Shown here piece after piece: positions 1 to 8,768 of a stretch of DNA of 64,000 nt. Location of the stretch: assembly GCA_038062795.1 (NCBI GenBank), contig JBBTWM010000033.1, positions 5,615 to 69,614 on the forward strand, given 5' to 3'. The notes beneath the pieces are model-generated. The model was not told the DNA's origin. It did not search any database and was given only the letters and a program-made list of their open reading frames with translations. Positions within the stretch are counted from its first letter, which is position 1, and each line of letters begins with the position of its first letter. Origin of the DNA: Patescibacteria group bacterium (GTDB lineage Bacteria > Patescibacteriota > Microgenomatia > UBA10105 > UBA927). A program made the translations under genes and the position numbers.

Positions 1-1377
1 GTCCTGCAAATTGTAGCATTCAGCGCGACTTTTTTGTTGACCCTATTTCTCACACCTGAGATATTCGGTGTTTTTTACGTCGTTTCCGCAATAATTTCTT
101 TTTTGGGTTATTTCTCTGACATAGGGCTGGCAGCGGCGCTCGTGCAAAAAAAAGATGAGGTAACGCGGGAAGATCTCGCGACAACATTTGTCATCCAACA
201 ATTGTTGGTTGTGATACTCGTTTCGTTGTCGCTCATATTTTCCGGACCGATTGCGGCGTTTTACCGACTGGATATAACCGGTGTCTGGCTTTTTCGTGCG
301 CTCGCTGTCTCATTTTTTCTTTCTTCCCTCAAGACGATTCCCTCCGTGCTTCTGGAGCGCAGGTTAGCGTTTGATCGCCTCGTGATACCGCAAATTGTTG
401 AGACACTGGGTTTTTATACTGTTGCGGTATATTTGGCATGGAAGGGAGAAGGTATCACCAGTTTTACCTGGGCAGTGCTCGTTCGCGGGGTATTAGGCCT
501 GGTCACCATGTATATAGTTGAACCGTGGGTACCGGCCCTGGTTTTTTCCCGGCAAAGCGCTAAAAAACTTATGTCCTTTGGGCTGCCGTTCCAGATGAAT
601 TCATTTTTGGCGCTTCTCAAGGACGATCTGTTAACGTTGTTTCTGGGGAGGGTATTACCGTTTGCTGAGGTGGGGTATATAGGATGGGCAAAAAAATGGG
701 CGGAGGTGCCGCTCCGGCTTATCATGGACAGTGTCGTACGGGTGACCTTCCCTACATATTCCAGACTGCAACACGATAAAGCATTGCTGGTAAAAGCGAT
801 AGATAAAACGATTTTCGGATTGGCCGGAGCAATATTACCGATTTCCTCCGGTTTGCTGTTTTTTGTTCACCCTATGGTGCAATTGATTCCGAAATACGGC
901 AAATGGGAACCAGCGTTAGTGTCGTTTTATCTTTTTGTTTTTTCTTCCGCGATTGCCGCATTATCGACGCCTCTCATGAGTGCATTAAATGCCGTGGGGA
1001 ATATCCGCACGACCTTAAAGTTTATGGTTGGTTGGACGGTCAGTACCTGGGTACTCACCGTCATTCTCTTACGGTTTTTTGGGTTTAACGGCGTGGCATT
1101 AGCGCTTCTTGTTGTCTCGGGGTCGCTGTATCTTGTCATACGGGTAACCAGGCGTGTTGCTGATTTTTCGTTTATCAGTAATGTAAAAGGTCCGGTTGCA
1201 GCAGCAGGTATACAGGGTGGGGTATACGCAGTTCTCCTCACTATGGTGCCGCACACGTATCCGTGGCTTTTTGCGGTTGGCGGCGCGGGCGTTATACTGT
1301 ATGGAGGTCTTCTGTATTGGATGGAATCCGGCAGGATTAATGCATTTGTCGCAACCATACGAAGGAGCATACGATGA
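1..1377 (+). CDS. wzx: Wzx/WzxC-like oligosaccharide flippase (5'-truncated by window edge)
   Basis: Frame open from base 1; highly hydrophobic, many TM segments; SDIGLAAALVQKK and VVRVTFPTYSRLQ motifs typical of the PST/MOP flippase family. Confidence 0.9.
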   Translation, partial: VLQIVAFSATFLLTLFLTPEIFGVFYVVSAIISFLGYFSDIGLAAALVQKKDEVTREDLATTFVIQQLLVVILVSLSLIFSGPIAAFYRLDITGVWLFRALAVSFFLSSLKTIPSVLLERRLAFDRLVIPQIVETLGFYTVAVYLAWKGEGITSFTWAVLVRGVLGLVTMYIVEPWVPALVFSRQSAKKLMSFGLPFQMNSFLALLKDDLLTLFLGRVLPFAEVGYIGWAKKWAEVPLRLIMDSVVRVTFPTYSRLQHDKALLVKAIDKTIFGLAGAILPISSGLLFFVHPMVQLIPKYGKWEPALVSFYLFVFSSAIAALSTPLMSALNAVGNIRTTLKFMVGWTVSTWVLTVILLRFFGFNGVALALLVVSGSLYLVIRVTRRVADFSFISNVKGPVAAAGIQGGVYAVLLTMVPHTYPWLFAVGGAGVILYGGLLYWMESGRINAFVATIRRSIR

Positions 1378-2279
1378 AATTAAGTATCGTCATAAGTACC
1401 TATAACCGTGCCGAAAGCCTTACGCGGACGCTTACTTCTGTGAAGCGCTTCGCTCATGAAATTATTGTTATAGATAACGGATCAACGGATCAGACGAAAC
1501 AGGTCGCGGAACAATTTGGGGCTGTCGTTTATGACCGGCCGAATAATCTGATGCTTAATATCAACAAAAATTACGGATTCACCAAAGCTTCGGGTGATTG
1601 GATACTCTGTCTTGATGATGATGAAGAAATTCCGCCTGAATTAGCCGGAGAAATCAAAAAAGCAATGACCGCGCAGGACGTGAGCGGGTACTGGATTCCA
1701 CGGAAAAATATTATTTTCGGCCGCTGGATCAGGCACGGCATATGGTGGCCCGACCGGCAGCTACGGCTATTTAAAAAAGGAACCGGTACGTATCCGGAAA
1801 AGCATGTTCATGAATATGTGGAAGTAATGGGCTCCGCAGGAACCCTGGAAAACGCGTACATACATTATAACTACGACACACTTGGCCAGTATTTGGATAA
1901 AATGCAGCACATTTATACCGAAAGCGAAGTAAAAAAATATGTGTCAGCCGGATACCGTATAAGCTGGCGTGACGCCATACGTTTTCCCGCTTCGGATTTT
2001 ATGAAATTATATTTCGCCCAAAACGGATATAAAGACGGTTTACACGGTCTCGTTCTTGCGATGCTTCAGGCGTTTTATTCCTTTATTATCTTTGTAAAGC
2101 TTTGGGAACGGGAAAAATTCAGGGAGATAGATATACCCCCGCCAAGCGCGCTGGAAGAGGTTGAGAAAACCGGTAAGGAAATGTCCTATTGGATCCTAAC
2201 GACAAAAATCCGGCAGGAAACTAACCCCATAGTCAGACTGTGGCAACAGATGCTCCGCAAAGCGAAGCGTTTATCATGA
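1374..2279 (+). CDS. GT2 glycosyltransferase, WaaE/KdtX (beta-1,4-glucosyltransferase)-like
   Basis: SIVISTYN, IIVIDNGSTD, LDDDE, RLFKK..VHE motifs; ATGA overlap with wzx. Confidence 0.9.
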   Translation: MKLSIVISTYNRAESLTRTLTSVKRFAHEIIVIDNGSTDQTKQVAEQFGAVVYDRPNNLMLNINKNYGFTKASGDWILCLDDDEEIPPELAGEIKKAMTAQDVSGYWIPRKNIIFGRWIRHGIWWPDRQLRLFKKGTGTYPEKHVHEYVEVMGSAGTLENAYIHYNYDTLGQYLDKMQHIYTESEVKKYVSAGYRISWRDAIRFPASDFMKLYFAQNGYKDGLHGLVLAMLQAFYSFIIFVKLWEREKFREIDIPPPSALEEVEKTGKEMSYWILTTKIRQETNPIVRLWQQMLRKAKRLS

Positions 2280-3196
2280 AAAAAATTACCCTGGTTATTG
2301 TCAATTGGAACGGAAGTGCTGATACCGCCAATTGCCTGTCTTCAATTTTGCATATGAAGAAGCAAGGCGTAGCGCTTGAAACCGTTGTCGTAGATAACGG
2401 TTCAACCGACAACTCCGTTGCGAAATTATCGGCTGGATTCCCGTGGGTAACGATACTGGCTGTCGATAAGAATTTAGGGTTCACCGGCGGAAACAATACC
2501 GGCATCCGGTATGCCATGCTGCATAACACGGAGTATATATGGTTATTAAATAACGATACTATAGTTGCCCCCGACGCGCTAAAACTTGTCGAGGCGTTTG
2601 CCGACAGTAAAGTAGGAATAGCGGGATCAAAAATTTATTTTGCGCCGGGGCATGAATATCATAAGGCCCGATATACAAAAAAAGAATTAGGACGGGTATT
2701 TTGGTACGCTGGAGGACTTATCGATTGGGACAATATGTATGCAAGTCACCGCGGTGTTGATGAAGTCGAGGCGGGGCAATATGATGACGCTCAGGAAACT
2801 TCGTTTGTCACCGGATGTTCAATGATGGTAAAGCGGGAAGTAATCCGGAGTGTAGGAGAGCTTGATGACCGATACTATCTCTATCTTGAGGATTTGGATT
2901 TTGGGTTGCGGGCAAAAGCTGCCGGCTACCATTTGGTGTATTATCCCAAATCCGTGATCTGGCACGTGAATGCGGGCTCATCGGGTGGAGCCGGGAATCC
3001 GATCCATGATTATTATATTACCCGGAACAGATTGTTAGTGGGGATGCGGTATGCGCCGTTTAGGACCAAAGCAGCCCTCCTTCGCGAAGCGTGGGGTTTG
3101 GCGCGGGGCGGTAACCGGGAAAAGAAACAAGCGGTCATTGATGCGTTTTGGGGGAAGTGGGGCAAGCAATATGAGCCGAAAAAAAATAACACTTAG
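2276..3196 (+). CDS. GT2 glycosyltransferase (rhamnosyltransferase/WbbL-like group)
   Basis: VIVNWNG, VVDNGSTD, NLGFTGGNN, LLNND, YLEDLD; start moved to ATG 2276 (ATGA overlap). Confidence 0.9.
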   Translation: MKKITLVIVNWNGSADTANCLSSILHMKKQGVALETVVVDNGSTDNSVAKLSAGFPWVTILAVDKNLGFTGGNNTGIRYAMLHNTEYIWLLNNDTIVAPDALKLVEAFADSKVGIAGSKIYFAPGHEYHKARYTKKELGRVFWYAGGLIDWDNMYASHRGVDEVEAGQYDDAQETSFVTGCSMMVKREVIRSVGELDDRYYLYLEDLDFGLRAKAAGYHLVYYPKSVIWHVNAGSSGGAGNPIHDYYITRNRLLVGMRYAPFRTKAALLREAWGLARGGNREKKQAVIDAFWGKWGKQYEPKKNNT

Positions 3197-3941
3197 CGTG
3201 ATTATTATTGCAAAAAACGAAGAAGCCCGTATAGGGAAGTGTCTTGATGCGCTGGAATTTGCCGATGAACGGATAGTCGTTGATAATAGTTCGTCCGATC
3301 GTACGTCTCAAGTCGCTACAGAGCATGACGCAATCGTGCAGTTTGCACATTCCACGGATTTTGCCTTGCTACGAAATAACGCTGCTTCAAAGGTAAGAGG
3401 AGAGTGGCTATTGTATGTTGATGCGGACGAGATCGTGACGCCGGAATTAGGACGCAACATACGGCATATCATAACGGTGTGGAACCCGTCTTGTGAAACC
3501 GGGTATGAGATCCACCGAAAAAATTATTATCTCGGAAGAGCTTGGCCGACCGGAGAATGGATGCTTCGGTTATTCCGGCGCGATTCCTTCAAGGAATGGC
3601 GCGGCGAGTTACACGAGACCCCTGTTGTTTCCGGCGCGATCGGAAGAATCCAGGGCGATCTGTTACATGATACCCACCGGACGGTAACCGAGATGGTTGC
3701 AAAAACCAATGAATGGAGCGAGACCGAAGCGCTTCTTCGCAAAGCAATTCATCATCCGCCTATTACCTGGTGGCGGATTATCCGGGTGACACTCACGGGA
3801 TTCTGGAATTCATTTATCGGGCAAGGCGGATGGCGGATCGGCACGGTAGGCTGGATAGAAAGTATGTATCAGGGTTTCAGCATGTTTATCACTTACGCGA
3901 AATTGTGGGAGAAGCAACAAAAGAAAAATTATGAAAAGTAG
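3171..3941 (+). CDS. GT2 glycosyltransferase, WaaE/KdtX-like
   Basis: SVIIIAKNEE, VVDNSSSD, YVDADE, RLFRR..LHE; start moved to ATG 3171 (MSRKKITLS). Confidence 0.9.
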   Translation: MSRKKITLSVIIIAKNEEARIGKCLDALEFADERIVVDNSSSDRTSQVATEHDAIVQFAHSTDFALLRNNAASKVRGEWLLYVDADEIVTPELGRNIRHIITVWNPSCETGYEIHRKNYYLGRAWPTGEWMLRLFRRDSFKEWRGELHETPVVSGAIGRIQGDLLHDTHRTVTEMVAKTNEWSETEALLRKAIHHPPITWWRIIRVTLTGFWNSFIGQGGWRIGTVGWIESMYQGFSMFITYAKLWEKQQKKNYEK

Positions 3942-4758
3942 ACCAGTTGATACAGCGAAAATTGCATTATTCAGAGGAAGAAAGATACGAAGGATTCTTT
4001 ATCACAATGAATGGTGGTTTTCCGTTGTCGATATTGTTGAAGCACTGACCAATTCAGATAGACCAAGAAAATACTGGAGTGATTTAAAGAAAAAACTTAT
4101 TCATGAAGGTTACCGCGAAGTGTCCGAAAAAATCGGACAGTTGAAATTAATAGCTCCTGACGGCAGATTACGTGAGACTGACTGTGGGAATACTGAAACT
4201 ATTTTTCGGATTATACAAGCTATCCCATCTCCCAAAGCTGAACCTTTGAAGCGCTGGTTGGCACGCGTCGGATATGAACGAGTAAAGGAGATAGAAGATC
4301 CTGAGTTATCAACCAAGAGGACGAGGATGCTCTATACATTGAAAGGATACCCGGATGATTGGATCGAAAAACGCATGCGTGGTATTGCGATCCGCGAGGA
4401 GCTTACTGATGAGTGGTATAAGCGGGGCGCTCAAGAACAGAGAGATTATGAAATATTGACCGCCGAAATTTCTAAGGCTACATTCGGTATCACTCCCCTT
4501 CAATACAAAAAACTGAAAGGTTTAAAGAGAGAAAATCTTCGTGATCATATGGATGATTTTGAATTGATTTTCACCATGTTGGGGGAGCGCTCAACCACGG
4601 AAATTCATCGGAACGAAAACTCCAAAGGTGTCCCAAAGCTACAATCCGATGCGCGTGCCGGCGGCGAGATAGCAGGTGGCGCTAGGAGAAAATTAGAAAA
4701 GCGTCTTGGCAGGCCGATTGTTTCAAAGAAGAATTATCTGCCCGAAAATACCTCATGA
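3931..4758 (+). CDS. Bro-N domain DNA-binding protein (phage antirepressor-like)
   Basis: IRR...EWWFSVVDIVEALT..RKYWSDLKKKL, IIQAIPSPKAEPLKRWLARVGYER, ENLRDHM motifs of Bro-N proteins. Confidence 0.85.
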   Translation: MKSRPVDTAKIALFRGRKIRRILYHNEWWFSVVDIVEALTNSDRPRKYWSDLKKKLIHEGYREVSEKIGQLKLIAPDGRLRETDCGNTETIFRIIQAIPSPKAEPLKRWLARVGYERVKEIEDPELSTKRTRMLYTLKGYPDDWIEKRMRGIAIREELTDEWYKRGAQEQRDYEILTAEISKATFGITPLQYKKLKGLKRENLRDHMDDFELIFTMLGERSTTEIHRNENSKGVPKLQSDARAGGEIAGGARRKLEKRLGRPIVSKKNYLPENTS

Positions 4759-5393
4759 AAACTTATACATGTATTTTATTTGATTGGGATGGATGTTTGG
4801 CAAAGTCATTGGATATTGCGCTTTATGCCTATAAGGTGTCGTTTCGAAAATATGATATTTCGTTAAGCGATAAGAAAATAACACACGAAGTATTCGGTGA
4901 CTGGCAAGCCCCTCAAAAACTAGGAATTCGTGACATAACACAATATTGGGAAGATTTTCATAAGATACTGAATAAGACATATTCTCATGTTCCGCTATAC
5001 GAGCATGTACAAGAGGTATTAACGGAATTGAAAAAAAGAAAGAAAAAGCTTGCTTTAGTTTCTTCGTCTCGGCGATCTACGCTCAACGCTCCGCTGACAT
5101 ATCATAAATTATATCCATATTTCGATGTCATTATGTCAGTGGACAACGTAAAAAAAGATAAACCGAATCCTGAGATTGTTTACAAAACTTTAAGAAAACT
5201 TCGTGCCGGTAAATCGGAAAGTTTGCTTGTAGGAGATTCCAAGAACGATCTCCTAGCTGCAAAAAGCGCCAGTGTAGATTCCGTTCTCTTTTATCCGAAG
5301 CACAATCAGTTATTTTATGATTTTGATATCCTAAAAACATACGATCCAACCTATATCATTAGCGATTTACGAGAACTTTTAACAACCGTATAG
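4755..5393 (+). CDS. HAD-superfamily phosphatase (PpaX/Gph-like)
   Basis: Motif I LFDWDGCL, motif II VSS, KP motif III, VGDSKNDL motif IV. Confidence 0.9.
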   Translation: MKTYTCILFDWDGCLAKSLDIALYAYKVSFRKYDISLSDKKITHEVFGDWQAPQKLGIRDITQYWEDFHKILNKTYSHVPLYEHVQEVLTELKKRKKKLALVSSSRRSTLNAPLTYHKLYPYFDVIMSVDNVKKDKPNPEIVYKTLRKLRAGKSESLLVGDSKNDLLAAKSASVDSVLFYPKHNQLFYDFDILKTYDPTYIISDLRELLTTV

Positions 5394-5396
5394 ATT

Positions 5397-7721
5397 ATGT
5401 CGCGTAAACAAATATTTGCTTTGATGAAATATTGGCCGATTGGAATAATTGTGGCGGTTTGGCTGGTATTTGCCTATCCTTATTGGGGAAAGGGGCTCGT
5501 ACCGTTTCCCTCTAGGTATTTGGTGACATTTTTTGCGCCGTGGAGTAGTACCTACGGCATGCCGGTGAAAAACAATGCCATGCCGGATGTTATCACGCAA
5601 ATATACCCGTGGAAACGCGTGACGATAGATGCCTGGAAACACGGTGAAGTGCCGCTTTGGAATCCGTATAGTTTTTCGGGAACCGCGCACGCCGGCAACT
5701 ATCAGAGCGCGGTATTTTCGCCGGTCAACCTGTTATTTTTTCTGTTGCCGGAGTTGCACGCATGGAGTCTCATGATTTTGTTGCAGCCGGTACTTGCGGC
5801 GTGGTTTATGATGCTGTTTCTCCGGTCTCTTGGGATCAGCCGGGAAGGCAGTGTTATCGGCAGCATTGCGTTTATGTTTTGCGGATTTATCGTCGTCTGG
5901 ATGGCATACGGAACGCTCGGCTTCGCAGTGCTTTTCCTGCCCTTGATTCTTTACGCTATCAATATATTTGTACGATACGGCAACAAATGGACGGCCACAG
6001 GAGTTGCCGCAGCAGTCTGCACCTCACTTTTATCCGGACATTTCCAGATGAGCGTGTACGTACTGTTATACGCCGTGAGTTTTCTCGTGTATCTTACCGT
6101 CCGCGGGCAAAAGCGCAGAAGAATCTGGTTTGCCCTGTTGTTTGTGCTGCTTGGAGTAGGTTTAGCTGCTGTGCAGATAGTGACCGGTTTTACGGCGTAT
6201 GCCGGTGCCGTACGCAGCAGCTTATTTCTCAAAGGTGAAGTCATTCCCTGGCAATACATTGCAACACTATTTTCTCCTGATTTTTACGGGAATCCCGTGA
6301 CAAGAAACGATTGGTTCGGGCACTATGCCGAATGGGCGAGTTATATCGGCGTTACCGCGCTCCTATTGGCTTTTCTTGCTATCGCAGCAAACCATAAGAC
6401 CGCTGTGATCCGGTATTTTATCGTCACGACCGTTATTCCCTTATTGCTGGCTTTTCAGACGCCGCTCGTAGATTTGCTGTTTGCGATGAAAATTCCGGTT
6501 CTCTCGACAAGTTCCGCTTCCCGGATCATTATTCTGGTAAGCTTTTCACTGGCTGTATTGTCCGGATTTGGAATTGATGTGCTTCGGGAAGCGTGGGCGA
6601 AGCGCATAGGCAAGCGCGTGCTGTTGTGGGCAGTGGGCAGCATGGTGTGTGTTGGAGTCGTATGGGTTGTTCTTCTTGTCCTCCGTCCGCTGCCGGGAGA
6701 TAAACTCGTCATTGCCGTACGCAATATGTACTTGCCGACAGCGCTCATGGGGATCACGTTGGCAGTTGCCGGAGCCGGATTTTTACTACCGAAACGTTTA
6801 TTGGTATTACTGCCGGTTGTTCTCATAGTGCTTGCCGGTGCTGATTCATACCGCTTTGCAGCGAAATGGATGCCTTTTGATGAAAAAGCATTTGTATACC
6901 CCACCCTCCCCGTTATCACAAAGACACAGGCATTAATCGCCGGAGAACATGGCAGGGTATTCGGAAACATCGGCAACGAAGCAGGTTCCGCTTTCGGTAT
7001 TCCGCTTATCGAAGGGTACGATGCGGTATATCAGGAGCGGTACGGTAGATTTATCACTGCGGTGAGTACCGGAGTGCCGGGGACGCCCGAGCGGTCTGTG
7101 GTGCGGTTTGATAAGAGTGGGAAATATGCTGAGGATGTGCTGCAGTTACTCGGTGTCCGGTATTACATGCATAAAAAAAGCGACGGGAGATTTCCGTGGG
7201 CATATCCGTTTTGGGAGTTTCCGCAATACAATCGCGTGTGGGAGGATGAGCATTTTGAGATTATGGAAAATACCAAAAGCCTGCCGAGAGTTTTCTTGGC
7301 GTCATCGTATGCGATCGCTAAGACGGATACAGAGATACTTGATGCCTTATTTTCAAAGCATATTAACCGGCGGGAAACGCTTGTGCTGGAGCGCACGCCG
7401 GTATTTGATCCGCAGGAAGGTGTCGGGACTGCCACGATTTCTTCATACCGTCCGACGGAGGTAGTTATACAGACGGCTTCTGTTGTACCGAAGTTGTTAT
7501 TTTTATCTGACGTCTACGATCCGGGCTGGAAGGTGTCTGTAGATGGGGTACCGGTTGCATTGCATCGGGCTGATTTTGATTTCCGGGCAGTCGCAGTTCC
7601 GGAAGGAACGCACATCGTCCGTATGTGGTATTGGCCGGCGAGTATCACGATCGGCTTTGTCATCGCGGGATTTGCTACACTGACAATAGCCGGATTTCTA
7701 TTGAGGAAAGATGAGTTATGA
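5397..7721 (+). CDS. YfhO-family GT-C membrane glycosyltransferase
   Basis: PDVITQIYPW..PLWNPYSFSG, SGHFQ, PDFYGNP, IEGYD, C-terminal YDPGWKV..DG...VPEGTHIV plus final TM. Confidence 0.85.
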   Translation: MSRKQIFALMKYWPIGIIVAVWLVFAYPYWGKGLVPFPSRYLVTFFAPWSSTYGMPVKNNAMPDVITQIYPWKRVTIDAWKHGEVPLWNPYSFSGTAHAGNYQSAVFSPVNLLFFLLPELHAWSLMILLQPVLAAWFMMLFLRSLGISREGSVIGSIAFMFCGFIVVWMAYGTLGFAVLFLPLILYAINIFVRYGNKWTATGVAAAVCTSLLSGHFQMSVYVLLYAVSFLVYLTVRGQKRRRIWFALLFVLLGVGLAAVQIVTGFTAYAGAVRSSLFLKGEVIPWQYIATLFSPDFYGNPVTRNDWFGHYAEWASYIGVTALLLAFLAIAANHKTAVIRYFIVTTVIPLLLAFQTPLVDLLFAMKIPVLSTSSASRIIILVSFSLAVLSGFGIDVLREAWAKRIGKRVLLWAVGSMVCVGVVWVVLLVLRPLPGDKLVIAVRNMYLPTALMGITLAVAGAGFLLPKRLLVLLPVVLIVLAGADSYRFAAKWMPFDEKAFVYPTLPVITKTQALIAGEHGRVFGNIGNEAGSAFGIPLIEGYDAVYQERYGRFITAVSTGVPGTPERSVVRFDKSGKYAEDVLQLLGVRYYMHKKSDGRFPWAYPFWEFPQYNRVWEDEHFEIMENTKSLPRVFLASSYAIAKTDTEILDALFSKHINRRETLVLERTPVFDPQEGVGTATISSYRPTEVVIQTASVVPKLLFLSDVYDPGWKVSVDGVPVALHRADFDFRAVAVPEGTHIVRMWYWPASITIGFVIAGFATLTIAGFLLRKDEL

Positions 7722-8767
7722 ACATAGGATTTTATAATCCGTATTACGATGGTTTAGGAGGCGGCGAACGGTACACCCTGACCCTGGCCAGTCACTGGTC
7801 CAAAATTCATGATGTCGTGATTTTTTGGGACGATCCGAATATTGTGGGCCTATCGGAGAAACGATTTGGTATCGATTTAACCCGGGTCCGCGTCGTGCCG
7901 AATATATTTAAAAATGCAAATATTTTCGGAAAGCTCATAGGGAGCAGAAGATACGATCTTATATTTTTTTTAAGCGACGGGAGCATACCGGCAACACTGG
8001 CTAAGCATAATATTCTGCATTTTCAGGTACCGTTTGCCAGCGTTTTAGCTGATCCCTGGAAGATGAAGCGCTACGATGCAATTGTTTGCAATTCCGAATT
8101 TACAAAAAATGAGCTCGACCCTCAGCTCGGGAGCAGGTCTGTCGTCATATATCCTCCGGTTCAGCAAGTATCCGTGTCAGGCGCCCTATCGAAAAAGAAA
8201 CAAATTCTTTCTGTCGGGAGATTTACCGGTTATTTTCAGGCAAAAAAGCAGGAAGTGCTTATCGAGGCGTTTACCCGCGGGTATACAAGCGGCATATTAC
8301 AGGGTTGGGAGCTTATATTGGCAGGCGGACTTATTCCTTCCGATCAGAAATACTTTGATATGCTTAAAACCTTAGTATCGGATGCACCCGTGCATTTTAT
8401 GCCAAACATATCAAATGATGAACTTATCGTCTTGTATCAATCGAGCAGATTGTATTGGCATGCAGCGGGGTACGGGACGACTAACCCGGCACAAATGGAG
8501 CACTTTGGCATAACCACCGCCGAGGCTATGAGCGCCGGCGCCGTGCCGCTCGTCTATGCGGCGGGTGGCCAGTTGGAAATAGTTTCTGACGGAGTAAACG
8601 GACTCGTTTGGCGAACACCCGATGAATTGATAGAAAAAACGAGAGTGCTGATTGAAGATAAAAAGAAATACACTGATTTATCAAAGGCGGCAATAGTCCG
8701 GGCTAATGAGTTTAGTGACGCGAAATTCACCAGGGCCTTTGATGCGCTGATTGCGGGATTATCATAG
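7718..8767 (+). CDS. GT4 (GT-B) glycosyltransferase
   Basis: GGGERY N-terminus, ILSVGRF, EHFGITTAEAM (EX7E). Confidence 0.9.
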   Translation: MNIGFYNPYYDGLGGGERYTLTLASHWSKIHDVVIFWDDPNIVGLSEKRFGIDLTRVRVVPNIFKNANIFGKLIGSRRYDLIFFLSDGSIPATLAKHNILHFQVPFASVLADPWKMKRYDAIVCNSEFTKNELDPQLGSRSVVIYPPVQQVSVSGALSKKKQILSVGRFTGYFQAKKQEVLIEAFTRGYTSGILQGWELILAGGLIPSDQKYFDMLKTLVSDAPVHFMPNISNDELIVLYQSSRLYWHAAGYGTTNPAQMEHFGITTAEAMSAGAVPLVYAAGGQLEIVSDGVNGLVWRTPDELIEKTRVLIEDKKKYTDLSKAAIVRANEFSDAKFTRAFDALIAGLS

Positions 8768-8768
8768 T

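Noticed and set aside
3931-4758. Prophage implied by the antirepressor-like gene
   Set aside because: No integrase, structural or replication genes nearby; lone Bro-N gene
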